A stretch of 59,897 nucleotides of DNA from Candidatus Saccharimonadales bacterium (GTDB lineage: Bacteria > Patescibacteriota > Saccharimonadia > Saccharimonadales > CAIOMD01), in the NCBI GenBank assembly GCA_038245435.1, contig JBBRSL010000001.1:1-59897 (forward strand), written 5' to 3'. Position 1 is the stretch's first letter. Each line of letters starts with the position of its first letter. The notes beneath the pieces were generated by a model, which had not been told where the DNA came from, ran no database searches, and was given only the letters and a program-made list of their open reading frames with translations. Made by a program: the position numbers and the translations under genes. Shown piece after piece: positions 1-8,271 of this stretch.

Positions 1-104
1 CGATTGCCGGTACTGCTATGACTATGGGCGCACTAGTTGTGGATATACCCGAAAAACCAGTATTAGGTGCAGGCGCGCCAGGCCCAATGGGCTTAGACTA
101 CTGA
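1..104 (+). CDS. groEL: chaperonin GroEL, C-terminal end only (gene starts upstream of window)
   Basis: Open frame from the window edge (codons from nt 3) reads IAGTAMTMGALVVDIPEKPVLGAGAPGPMGLDY, then TGA at 102-104. The hydrophobic segment followed by a Gly/Pro/Met-rich tail is typical of the GroEL C-terminus. A strong terminator follows. Confidence 0.5.
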   Translation, partial: IAGTAMTMGALVVDIPEKPVLGAGAPGPMGLDY

Positions 105-130
105 CAGAAGTACGCTCGCTTTACGAAAAA

Positions 131-156
131 AAGACCCCAATCAAGGGGTCTTTTTG
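131..156 (+). terminator. intrinsic terminator after groEL
   Basis: aagacccc-aatcaa-ggggtctt hairpin followed by a T-run. Confidence 0.7.
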
Positions 157-166
157 ATTATGGCTA

Positions 167-195
167 TTGACAAAAAGCAATAAAAATAATAAAAT
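167..195 (+). promoter_or_regulatory. sigma70-type promoter (TTGACA-17-TAAAAT) facing GC-rich island 1
   Basis: TTGACA at 167-172, 17-nt spacer, TAAAAT at 190-195. It lies in low-GC DNA immediately upstream of the composition jump. Confidence 0.55.
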
Positions 196-334
196 TTTCA
201 CTTGAGGTGAGAGTAGTCTAGGGCAACCTAGCGGCCATAGGCAGGTGTACAAACCTCATACATGGTGACGGAGTTTCTGATCTCCAAAAAATCTGATGTA
301 CCTTCACCCCAAGGGCTACCCCATAGAGGGAACA

Positions 335-1441
335 ATGCCCGAGACTGGAAAGGTCAGCCAAGTGGCGACTACAACCGATCGACCCAGCATCAAGATCATC
401 AGCGGTGCGCTCGACGAGACCCCCACGGGGGACATCGTTCTGCGTGGCGTGGTCAGGTGTGACTCGCTCATCGACCTCCAGGTCGACGCCTACCAGCGCG
501 AGGCCATGGACAACGCCAAGGTGCGGCAGCTGCAGGCTGCCATCGCCAACGGTGGCGTCCCGGACATCGTGCTCGGCATGCGCGGTCAGGACTACTCCAC
601 CCGAGAGGCTGTGCTGTACCTCCGCGACGAGGTGTTCATCATCGACGGACTGCAGCGGGTGACCGCTGCGATGCGTGCGATGCAGGCCAACCCGGAGATG
701 AGGCCGCACCTCGGTGCGACCATCCACTTCGACACCACCAAGGAGTCGGAGCAGGAGATGTTCGAGAGGCTCAACCTGGGTCAGACCAGGCTCAGCCCGA
801 ACGTCACCCTGAGGAACTTCAAGGACAAGGTGCCGGCGGTGCAGTGCTTGCACAAGCTGTCGGCGGACAAGAACTTCGTCCTCTACGAGCTGGTCTCGTG
901 GGACCAGAACATGAAGCGTGGACAGCTCATCACGGCCAACACCTTCATCAAGACGGCCGCGATGCTGCACAGTCATGCTGGTCCCGGTCGGACGTCCAAC
1001 GTCTCCGACCTGGCCAACGGTCTGGGCAAGATCCACGACAACGTGGGCAGGAACAACTTCATCCAGAACACGCGTCTGTTCTTCGAGGTCATCGACTCGT
1101 GCTTCGGCATCCGTCGTGTCACCTACAAGAACGGCGCATCGTTCATCAAGACGACGTTCCTGCTGCAGCTGGCGAAGGTCATGAGCGACCACACGAACTT
1201 CTGGGACGGCGACAAGCTCGTCCTGGACGCTCGGATGGTCAAGAAGCTCTCGACCTTCCCCATCTCCGATCCGCAGATCGTGCAGCTGTGCTCCTCCGGG
1301 GGTTCGGCTGGCCAGATCCTGTACATGCTGATCGTCGACCACATCAACCACGGCAAGCGCACCGGGCGACTGGTGTCGCGTCGTGGGGACGAGATGGACG
1401 ACATCGACATCACCGACGGCTATAACAACGGCGGTGAGTGA
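335..1441 (+). CDS. DGQHR/ParB-fold domain protein (DndB-like), GC-rich foreign gene
   Basis: ORF 296..1441. ATG at 335 is preceded by AGAGGG (325-330). Motifs YQRE, FIIDGLQRVTA and FERLNLGQTRLSP match the ParB/sulfiredoxin-fold DGQHR (DndB-like) family pattern. Third codon positions are strongly G/C-rich. Confidence 0.6.
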   Translation: MPETGKVSQVATTTDRPSIKIISGALDETPTGDIVLRGVVRCDSLIDLQVDAYQREAMDNAKVRQLQAAIANGGVPDIVLGMRGQDYSTREAVLYLRDEVFIIDGLQRVTAAMRAMQANPEMRPHLGATIHFDTTKESEQEMFERLNLGQTRLSPNVTLRNFKDKVPAVQCLHKLSADKNFVLYELVSWDQNMKRGQLITANTFIKTAAMLHSHAGPGRTSNVSDLANGLGKIHDNVGRNNFIQNTRLFFEVIDSCFGIRRVTYKNGASFIKTTFLLQLAKVMSDHTNFWDGDKLVLDARMVKKLSTFPISDPQIVQLCSSGGSAGQILYMLIVDHINHGKRTGRLVSRRGDEMDDIDITDGYNNGGE

Positions 1442-2100
1442 TGTACGAAGCACGTGAGTGCGTTGCCCGGCTGGTCAACAACCAGCCGGGCGCGTACAGT
1501 TACCTCGCGAAGTTCTGTGAGGTGGAGCCGGCCACAGTGCTCAGTTGGACTGGTGGCAAGTTCTTCCCCAAGGGGGAGACTCTGGTGCGGCTCTACGTGG
1601 CCCTCTACGTGGTGGACATCGAGTTTATCGAGTGGTCTCGGATGTCCAAGCAGTCCCGTCTGCTGGCCAAACTCATCGCGTTCAGGATCATGCCAACCTT
1701 GGAGTTGCAGCGCGAACTGAACTACGCCGATATGAAGGGAGTCTATGACTTCATTCTGCGGGGTAGGGATGCTCAGCGTGAGCGGCTCTACAAGATCGAC
1801 AAGCTTGTCGATCGTTACGACGACGAGACTCGTCGAGACGAGCAAGAACTTCGTGAAGCTCTCGCTGCGGACTTCTCATCGACTGCGGCTTCTGCCGTGG
1901 AAGATCGAGTTGATGTAGCGATGGGCAGCAACGAAACAGTGTTGTCTGCAGCGCTCGTGCACTTAGTCATGGCGCTTGATGCCATGGCTCGGGCGGCCGA
2001 CGCAGACCCGTCTCGCGATCACATCGCACAGGTGCTCACCGAAGAGCTTCCGCCTGGACTCGCCAAGAGCGTGTCCGAGTGGCTCGACGGTATCGCCTAA
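1441..2100 (+). CDS. HTH (XRE-like) domain protein, partner of the DGQHR protein
   Basis: ATG at 1441 overlaps the upstream TGA (TGATG), which suggests translational coupling. The N-terminus YSYLAKFCEVEPATVLSWTGGKFFPKGETLVRL looks like an XRE-type helix-turn-helix. The remainder is helical and acidic with no recognised domain. Confidence 0.5.
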   Translation: MYEARECVARLVNNQPGAYSYLAKFCEVEPATVLSWTGGKFFPKGETLVRLYVALYVVDIEFIEWSRMSKQSRLLAKLIAFRIMPTLELQRELNYADMKGVYDFILRGRDAQRERLYKIDKLVDRYDDETRRDEQELREALAADFSSTAASAVEDRVDVAMGSNETVLSAALVHLVMALDAMARAADADPSRDHIAQVLTEELPPGLAKSVSEWLDGIA

Positions 2101-2165
2101 ACCGCTGACTGACGGTATCAGTCACAAGCGTAGCTTAGCTGCGAAGTCCTTGGAAATTCCCGGGC

Positions 2166-2194
2166 CCCCACACCTTAATTGGTGTGGGGTTTTT
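2166..2194 (+). terminator. intrinsic terminator closing island 1
   Basis: ccccacacc-ttaatt-ggtgtgggg followed by ttttt. Confidence 0.7.
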
Positions 2195-2239
2195 CATTTT
2201 AAGGTGCATGTTAAGCACAAGCACTAATATAATGATTTG

Positions 2240-2268
2240 TTGCTTTTGTAAATTAATGTGGTTACAAT
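2240..2268 (+). promoter_or_regulatory. putative promoter TTGCTT-17-TACAAT
   Basis: Hexamers at 2240-2245 and 2263-2268 with a 17-nt spacer, upstream of CDS 2292. Confidence 0.4.
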
Positions 2269-2291
2269 CATTTTATTAGGAGTAATGAGCT

Positions 2292-2783
2292 ATGGCACGA
2301 TTTTGGCAACGAACGAAAACTCAGTTAACTGCCCCAGCGCAGTATATTCAAACAACCGATAGGGTCAGTCGACCTATGGCGGTAATGATGAGTCTTGTCT
2401 TGTTTTTTGTAGCAATTGCAATTATTGTCGGCCTGGTTTTTGCAGGTATTTGGGGCTATAACAAAGTTACGGGCAATAGCAGTAAGCCGGCAAGTCCAAT
2501 TACAGGTATTTCAACAGGTGTGTCAACAGATTCAAAGAATGACGGCGCTACTCAAGGATCGAGCGGTGCAGCCGCGGTTACTTCAAACGGCACTGGCACC
2601 GCTACGGTTACGACAAATCAGCCGGCAAATAGCTCGTCTTCAGCGACGACGAACCAAAGTACCGCGACTACCGCTGGTTCGGTACCCAATACCGGTGCTG
2701 GCAGCACACTTGGGATATTTATCGCTGCCACAATTCTAGGTACGCTGCTATATAGATCAATACTTATTCGTAGGTTGCAATAA
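2292..2783 (+). CDS. small Ser/Thr-rich surface protein with sortase-type sorting signal (VPNTG + TM + RR)
   Basis: AGGAG lies 9 nt upstream. There is an N-terminal TM segment and a low-complexity S/T/N/G-rich middle. The C-terminus reads SVPNTGAGSTLGIFIAATILGTLLYRSILIRRLQ, which is an LPXTG-like motif, a hydrophobic helix and a basic tail. Confidence 0.6.
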   Translation: MARFWQRTKTQLTAPAQYIQTTDRVSRPMAVMMSLVLFFVAIAIIVGLVFAGIWGYNKVTGNSSKPASPITGISTGVSTDSKNDGATQGSSGAAAVTSNGTGTATVTTNQPANSSSSATTNQSTATTAGSVPNTGAGSTLGIFIAATILGTLLYRSILIRRLQ

Positions 2784-2784
2784 A

Positions 2785-2807
2785 ATAGCCCCAATTGGGG
2801 CTATTTT
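2785..2807. terminator. bidirectional hairpin between convergent genes
   Basis: tagcccc-aatt-ggggcta flanked by A-run and T-run. Confidence 0.6.
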
Positions 2808-2825
2808 AAAAGGTGTGCGGGATTA

Positions 2826-3341
2826 TTAACTTTGGTTTTGTGTAAAGTAATTAATCTCGTTTACGATATCAAGCAATGCTTGAGCCTTGGCTTTGTTATC
2901 GGTAATGGCTTGGGCAGAGGCATAGGCATCTGAAATAAGGTCTTGATTGTCCGAAGCCTGAATCATCATCATGGTTGTTTTAAACTTTTCTTCAGGTGAT
3001 TGATCAAGGTGACTTACGAGAGGAGAAAGCTCAGTTAAAGCTTTTTGCTTAATATCCATAAGGTCACTCGACCCGTTTACATCAGCAAACTGTGGCGGTG
3101 CCGTCACTTCAGCTACTTCTGTATCGGCCGTAGGAGCTGCCCAGTCGCTGTTAGCGGCCGGTACTGGTTGTTGCCAATCATTTTGTACTGGAGCTGCCAC
3201 AGGGTCAGTAGGCGGCGCAAATGGTTGTGGGGCAGGGGCCTCAATATTGTTCTCAACTGGTGCAGCTACTGGTTGACTCTGATCTACTGGTTGTTGCCAA
3301 CCTTGTGCGCCTTGCTGCTGTGAATCATCTTGTCCAAACAT
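2826..3341 (-). CDS. hypothetical protein (Pro/Gln-rich N-terminus, helical C-terminal half)
   Basis: ORF 2826..3362. ATG at 3341 is directly preceded by AAGGGGGTGGG on the minus strand. No recognisable domain. Confidence 0.55.
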   Translation of the reverse strand: MFGQDDSQQQGAQGWQQPVDQSQPVAAPVENNIEAPAPQPFAPPTDPVAAPVQNDWQQPVPAANSDWAAPTADTEVAEVTAPPQFADVNGSSDLMDIKQKALTELSPLVSHLDQSPEEKFKTTMMMIQASDNQDLISDAYASAQAITDNKAKAQALLDIVNEINYFTQNQS

Positions 3342-3447
3342 CCCACCCCCTTGAAGCCTCACCGGCTCTTTGTTTCAAATATTAATAGTTTCATCCTATA
3401 ATGTATCAAAAGCACTAGCGATAATAAATAGAGTAACGGAGATTCTT

Positions 3448-4479
3448 ATGCTTGATGACCTAAAACTTATTCATGAACGAGACGCGCAGGATGCGCTCGG
3501 TATTGCCGAAAAGCAGTGGCAGCAGCTAGAGCATGAGTTTAATGTTCCCGAACTTGAACATGATATCGACAATGTTGTCTTTGGCGGTATGGGCGGCTCA
3601 GCGCTCGCGGCAATCATAAGTCAAAGTTGGCCAGGTTACAGTATTCCGTTTGAAGTATGCAGGAACTATGACATTCCACGTTATGTGAACGAAAAAACCT
3701 TATTTATCGCATCAAGCTATTCTGGCAACACCGAAGAAACACTAGAGGCACTAAGCCAGGCTGAGGCAAAAAATGCCGTTATAGCGGTTATCGCGAGCGG
3801 TGGTAAGTTAGCTGAAATCGCCCTTCAAAAAGGCTACCCATTTGCAGAACTTCCAAAAGCGAGTCAACCTCGCTATGGCGTGCTTTACGGCCTTAAAGCC
3901 TTGGTGACAATCTTGGAGCGAGCCGGGTTGCTGCAGGCAACAGATATCGAAGGAACTCTTCAACGAACGACCCAGTACTTAAAAGAGAGTACCGCACAAT
4001 GGCGACCAGATGTTACGACACAAGATAATTATGCAAAGCAATTGGCGCTAGATTTTGTTGGCAAGAGCATGGTTATTTATGCTGGGCCCAAACTCGCGCC
4101 AGCTGCATATAAGTGGAAAATTAGCTTTAATGAAAACGCAAAAAACATAGCGTGGTTTAACCAGTATCCTGAGTTTAATCATAACGAGTTTCTGGGTTGG
4201 ACAAGCCATCCACTGGAAAAGCCTTACGCTGTAATTGATTTGCGTTCTAATTTAGAACACGAGCGCGTGCAAAAGCGCTTTGAAGTTTCTGAGCGTTTGT
4301 TGAGTGGTCGCCGTCCTGCACCTACTATTGTGCAGGCAGCTGGTGAGGATATCCTTGAGCAGCTGCTTTGGTTAATCGCGCTCGGCGATTTTGTCACAAT
4401 TTATACAGCCCTCTTAAATGGACTTAACCCAACTCCCGTAGATTTAATTGAGAAGTTCAAACACGAATTAAGCGCCTAA
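3448..4479 (+). CDS. bifunctional phosphoglucose/phosphomannose isomerase (SIS domain)
   Basis: ATG at 3448 follows GGAG. GGMGGSALAA and SYSGNTEETL SIS motifs are present, and the length of about 343 aa is typical of the PGI/PMI family. Confidence 0.75.
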   Translation: MLDDLKLIHERDAQDALGIAEKQWQQLEHEFNVPELEHDIDNVVFGGMGGSALAAIISQSWPGYSIPFEVCRNYDIPRYVNEKTLFIASSYSGNTEETLEALSQAEAKNAVIAVIASGGKLAEIALQKGYPFAELPKASQPRYGVLYGLKALVTILERAGLLQATDIEGTLQRTTQYLKESTAQWRPDVTTQDNYAKQLALDFVGKSMVIYAGPKLAPAAYKWKISFNENAKNIAWFNQYPEFNHNEFLGWTSHPLEKPYAVIDLRSNLEHERVQKRFEVSERLLSGRRPAPTIVQAAGEDILEQLLWLIALGDFVTIYTALLNGLNPTPVDLIEKFKHELSA

Positions 4480-5709
4480 CTACTCGTGGCGTAGTGCCTG
4501 GATTGGATCTTTGCGAGCAGCTTTGATAGCCGGCGCCATACCAAAGACCACACCAACGAGTGCTGCGACACCAGTTGCAAATAAAATTGTCTTTAATGAC
4601 AGTGAAGGTGTGAGGTCGGTTGTCATTTTAATACCGTAGGCGGCAATTGCCGAAAATAGCACGCCAATTATGCCACCGACAAAGCTGAGCACGAGCGCCT
4701 CAATTAAGAACTGGCCCAGTATTTGTTTGTTAGTTGCACCGATGGCTTTGCGTACGCCAATTTCTTTTGTTCGTTCACTGACACTCACCAGCATAATGTT
4801 CATAATGCCAATACCGCCAACGAGAAGGGAAATGCCAGCGATGGCGGCCACGAAAGTGGTTAGCACGCTGAATACTTGGCCGGTTGCATCTATAAATTCT
4901 GATTGTTTAAGAATCGTAAAGTCTGCCTGGCCACTATGGTTTTTAAGTAGTGTTTGATTGATTTGTTTTACGATTGAGTCAACATTTTTAGTATCTGCAG
5001 CTTTAATGCTCACTTCTCTAATTTCGGTAGTACCACCAGTGATGCGCTTACCGGTTTCGAACGGAATAAAGACAACATCGTTATAGTTTTGGCCGACATT
5101 CAATGGGTTACTTGGGAATGGTGCGTAAATACCGCGAACAACAACGTCTTGGCCACGAAGCGTCATGACTCGACCAATAGGATCGCGCTGCTTAAATACA
5201 TTTGCAGCCACGTTACTGCCAATGACAGCTTCGAGTTTTCTAGATGTATCATTTGTGAAGAAATCACCGAAATCCATCTTTTGATTCAGAATTCCTCCCA
5301 TATCGCTGGTAGTGGCGATTACGAGTGCACCGGCATAATCTTCGGTTTCTGGTGTACTTATGGCAGCTGTAATCTGTGAAGCAGGTGCAACTGCTGCGAT
5401 GCCCGTAATTTTGCGCACATCGGCAACATCTTTTTCAGTTATAGTGCTTGCACCAAAGCCTGCCACCAGATTGAACTTAGTTATTTTGCCGTTTGCATCG
5501 CGCTCAATAGTTTTGCCAGGACGAATGACAATAATGTCGTTCCCGAGCTGGTTTACTTGCTTAATAACCTGATTCTTGACGCCTTCGCCGAGCGAGACCG
5601 TAATAACCACACTCATAACGCCAATAATGATGCCAAGCATCGTGAGTGCGCTGCGGACTTTTGAGCTTCGTATGCTCGATAGCGCCATTTTTACGTTGGT
5701 GTATATCAT
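4480..5709 (-). CDS. ABC transporter permease, MacB/FtsX family
   Basis: N-terminal TM helix, a large periplasmic-type domain and a C-terminal FtsX-like 3-TM block. Its start overlaps the stop of the upstream ATPase gene. Confidence 0.8.
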   Translation of the reverse strand: MIYTNVKMALSSIRSSKVRSALTMLGIIIGVMSVVITVSLGEGVKNQVIKQVNQLGNDIIVIRPGKTIERDANGKITKFNLVAGFGASTITEKDVADVRKITGIAAVAPASQITAAISTPETEDYAGALVIATTSDMGGILNQKMDFGDFFTNDTSRKLEAVIGSNVAANVFKQRDPIGRVMTLRGQDVVVRGIYAPFPSNPLNVGQNYNDVVFIPFETGKRITGGTTEIREVSIKAADTKNVDSIVKQINQTLLKNHSGQADFTILKQSEFIDATGQVFSVLTTFVAAIAGISLLVGGIGIMNIMLVSVSERTKEIGVRKAIGATNKQILGQFLIEALVLSFVGGIIGVLFSAIAAYGIKMTTDLTPSLSLKTILFATGVAALVGVVFGMAPAIKAARKDPIQALRHE

Positions 5710-6479
5710 TTCTTGGCCTTTGATTTCTTTTGGCCGCGCTTTGTTTTGTCGATACTTGGTGCGTTATGGAGCTTAAAGATATCGGCAGTTTCGTTTTCAC
5801 GTAGCGGCTTATCTTGGTGAATGTGGCCATCAATCATATATACGACACGGCTCGCGTAAGCAGTAAGTTCAACGTTATGAGTCACCATGATAATCGTATT
5901 GCCGCCTTTATGAATATCTTTTAACAGATTCATAACAACTTTATTGCTTGCCGAATCAAGGTTGCCGGTCGGCTCGTCGGCAATTAGAATACTCGGTTTA
6001 TTAATGAGCGCACGGGCAATTGCTACGCGCTGTAGTTGGCCACCACTCAATTGACGCGGGTAGTAGTATTCACGAGTTTTAAGTCCGATTTTCTCGAGTA
6101 GTTCAGATGCACGATGTAAACGTCGTACGCCCGAAACGCCCTTATAGGCAAGCGGTAACGCTACGTTTTCGAGCACCGTCATGCGGGGCAATAGATTGAA
6201 ACTTTGAAATATAAAACCAATTTTATCGCGTCTCACTTTGGCGCGAGCGGCGCTATGTAGCCGCGAAACATTACGCGTATCAAGCTTGTAGACTCCTTGA
6301 CTGGGCCTATCAAGCAAACCAATAACGTTCATGAGCGTACTTTTACCACTACCGCTTGGCCCCATAATTGCAATAAACTCACCCTTGTCGACGCTCAAAT
6401 TCACATCATCAAGAGCAATGGTCGTGGCGTCGCCAAAACCAAATACCTTACTTACGTTTTGCAGCTCGATGATAGGCAT
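5706..6479 (-). CDS. ABC transporter ATP-binding protein (MacB/LolD-like)
   Basis: Walker A GPSGSGKST, signature LSGGQLQRVAIARAL and Walker B ILIADEPTGNLD. Confidence 0.9.
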   Translation of the reverse strand: MPIIELQNVSKVFGFGDATTIALDDVNLSVDKGEFIAIMGPSGSGKSTLMNVIGLLDRPSQGVYKLDTRNVSRLHSAARAKVRRDKIGFIFQSFNLLPRMTVLENVALPLAYKGVSGVRRLHRASELLEKIGLKTREYYYPRQLSGGQLQRVAIARALINKPSILIADEPTGNLDSASNKVVMNLLKDIHKGGNTIIMVTHNVELTAYASRVVYMIDGHIHQDKPLRENETADIFKLHNAPSIDKTKRGQKKSKAKK

Positions 6480-6673
6480 AGTTACCCTATACTACCTCTT
6501 TAAAAAGCTCATGTTCAAGTGTTTGTTGGTATATAATTGTCAAAGCCCGCCTGCAGCTAGCCAAATTTTGCAAACCAAGCCAAAGGCTGTTTGCAAAATT
6601 TAGAGGAAGAAGTGCGGTTTTGCCAGGTTTTTTGCAAAGCAAAAACTAAGGCCAAAAAAGCATCTTCTGACGA

Positions 6674-6763
6674 GGAGAGGTCGCATAGTGGCCTAGTGCG
6701 CCGCCTTGGAAAGGCGGTATATCCGCAAGGGTATCGAGGGTTCAAATCCCTCCCTCTCCGCCA
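6674..6763 (+). tRNA. tRNA-Ser (anticodon GGA), CCA encoded
   Basis: Acceptor ggagagg/cctctcc, anticodon stem ccgcc/ggcgg with loop ttGGAaa, long variable arm, T-arm gaggg-ttcaaat-ccctc, then G-CCA. Confidence 0.9.
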
Positions 6764-6795
6764 AATTACAGTCGAAACTGCTACAATTGAAGGTA

Positions 6796-7575
6796 ATGAG
6801 CGTAAAAACATATGCGGTTGTAACGGGTGCGAGTAGCGGTATTGGCCGTGAATTTGCGATTTTACTTGCTCACAAAAAACATAATTTGATTCTCGTTGCA
6901 CGCAATAAGCGGGCACTCGATGACTTACAAGAAGTTCTTAAACTTCAAGGAACTGACGTGGTTGTTATCGTTGCTGATTTGGCCGATGAAGCGCAGCGAA
7001 AGCGTTGTATTACAAGTTTGGTGAAATATAAAATCGATATGCTATTTAATAATGCTGGCTTTGGTGATTTTGGTGATTTCGTAAACTCTGACTGGCCAAA
7101 GCTAAACAGAATGTTGCAGCTAAATATTGTAGCGCTGAGTGAGTTAGCTCATATTGTGGGCGGTCAGATGCAACAAGAAGGGCATGGCCGTATTGTGAAT
7201 GTGGCATCTACGGCGGCATTTTTCCCTGGGCCAAAAATGGCAACCTATTATGCCAGTAAGGCATATGTTTTGAGCTTTAGCCAGGCTTTGGCGCATGAGC
7301 TTAAACCATATGGTGTGTCAGTCACAGCACTTTGCCCGGGCCCAACTGCCAGCGGTTTTCAAAAAGCAGCCAATCTCGAAAAGTCGAACCTGATGAAAGA
7401 TTTAGCAATGCCGCCAGCGGCGAGTGTGGCGGCTTTTGCGTATAAAAAAATGATGCAGGGCGCCGTTGTTGCCATTCCTGGTGCATCAAACAAATTGCAA
7501 GTACAGATACCAAGAATACTCCCAAAAAGTTTAATGGTTAAAGTCGTTGCCAATATCCAAAAAGAGTCAAAATAA
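6796..7575 (+). CDS. SDR family oxidoreductase
   Basis: TGASSGIG cofactor motif, NNAG and YxxxK (YYASKAY). ATG at 6796 follows GAAGG. Confidence 0.85.
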   Translation: MSVKTYAVVTGASSGIGREFAILLAHKKHNLILVARNKRALDDLQEVLKLQGTDVVVIVADLADEAQRKRCITSLVKYKIDMLFNNAGFGDFGDFVNSDWPKLNRMLQLNIVALSELAHIVGGQMQQEGHGRIVNVASTAAFFPGPKMATYYASKAYVLSFSQALAHELKPYGVSVTALCPGPTASGFQKAANLEKSNLMKDLAMPPAASVAAFAYKKMMQGAVVAIPGASNKLQVQIPRILPKSLMVKVVANIQKESK

Positions 7576-8252
7576 TGGCGCTTAATGGGCCAAAGATTCC
7601 CGCACCGGGCTTTGTAGTTTCACTCATTTCCCTCAGTGCATTTGCGGTTATTTTAAGTTTTGTGAGGTTTTTGATTTCGGGTACTACGCGCTATGATTTT
7701 TTAATTTGGAACCTATTCTTAGCATGGGTGCCACTTGTCTTTGCATGGTTATTGTACGTACGAACTCCAAAAGGGCTTGTATGGTCTTGGGGTAATTTTG
7801 GCCTATTCGCGGTTTGGTTGGCTTTTTTGCCAAATGCATTTTATTTGGTCACAGATTTTATCCATCTGCGACGAACGAGCCAAGTTGATATACTTTTTGA
7901 CATTATTTTGTTTAGTACCTATGCATTTTGCGGAATAATTTTAGGTCTCACTGCGCTCTACCTAGTACATGTGCGAGCTATAAAAAGATTTGGGATGAGG
8001 GCTCATTATTTACCAGTTGCTGTATTGCTTCTTTGTGGTTTTGCGATATACCTGGGCCGCTACTTGCGCTGGAATAGTTGGGATATTATCGTGAACCCAC
8101 TCGGACTTTTGTTCGATGTTTCGAGTAGTGTTATTGACCCCATAAATCATCCATTGACGTTTGGTACGACGCTACTGTTCTATGGTTTTTTGGGTCTTTT
8201 GTACTTAGTCGTTTGGCAGGCGATTGCAACTGCACGCAATTCAAAAAAGTAA
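7575..8252 (+). CDS. integral membrane protein, DUF1361-like
   Basis: Six or seven hydrophobic helices. WNLFLAWVPL and NAFYLVTDFIHL resemble DUF1361 motifs as I remember them. Confidence 0.45.
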   Translation: MALNGPKIPAPGFVVSLISLSAFAVILSFVRFLISGTTRYDFLIWNLFLAWVPLVFAWLLYVRTPKGLVWSWGNFGLFAVWLAFLPNAFYLVTDFIHLRRTSQVDILFDIILFSTYAFCGIILGLTALYLVHVRAIKRFGMRAHYLPVAVLLLCGFAIYLGRYLRWNSWDIIVNPLGLLFDVSSSVIDPINHPLTFGTTLLFYGFLGLLYLVVWQAIATARNSKK

Positions 8253-8271
8253 AATGCTACAATAAACAGAT

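Noticed and set aside
218-1453. 411-aa minus-strand ORF covering island 1
   Set aside because: It is antisense to the DGQHR-motif gene. Its translation is monotonous (V/D/H/R/L-rich) with no motif, no RBS and no sensible start context. Long antisense ORFs are expected in GC-rich DNA because stop codons are AT-rich.
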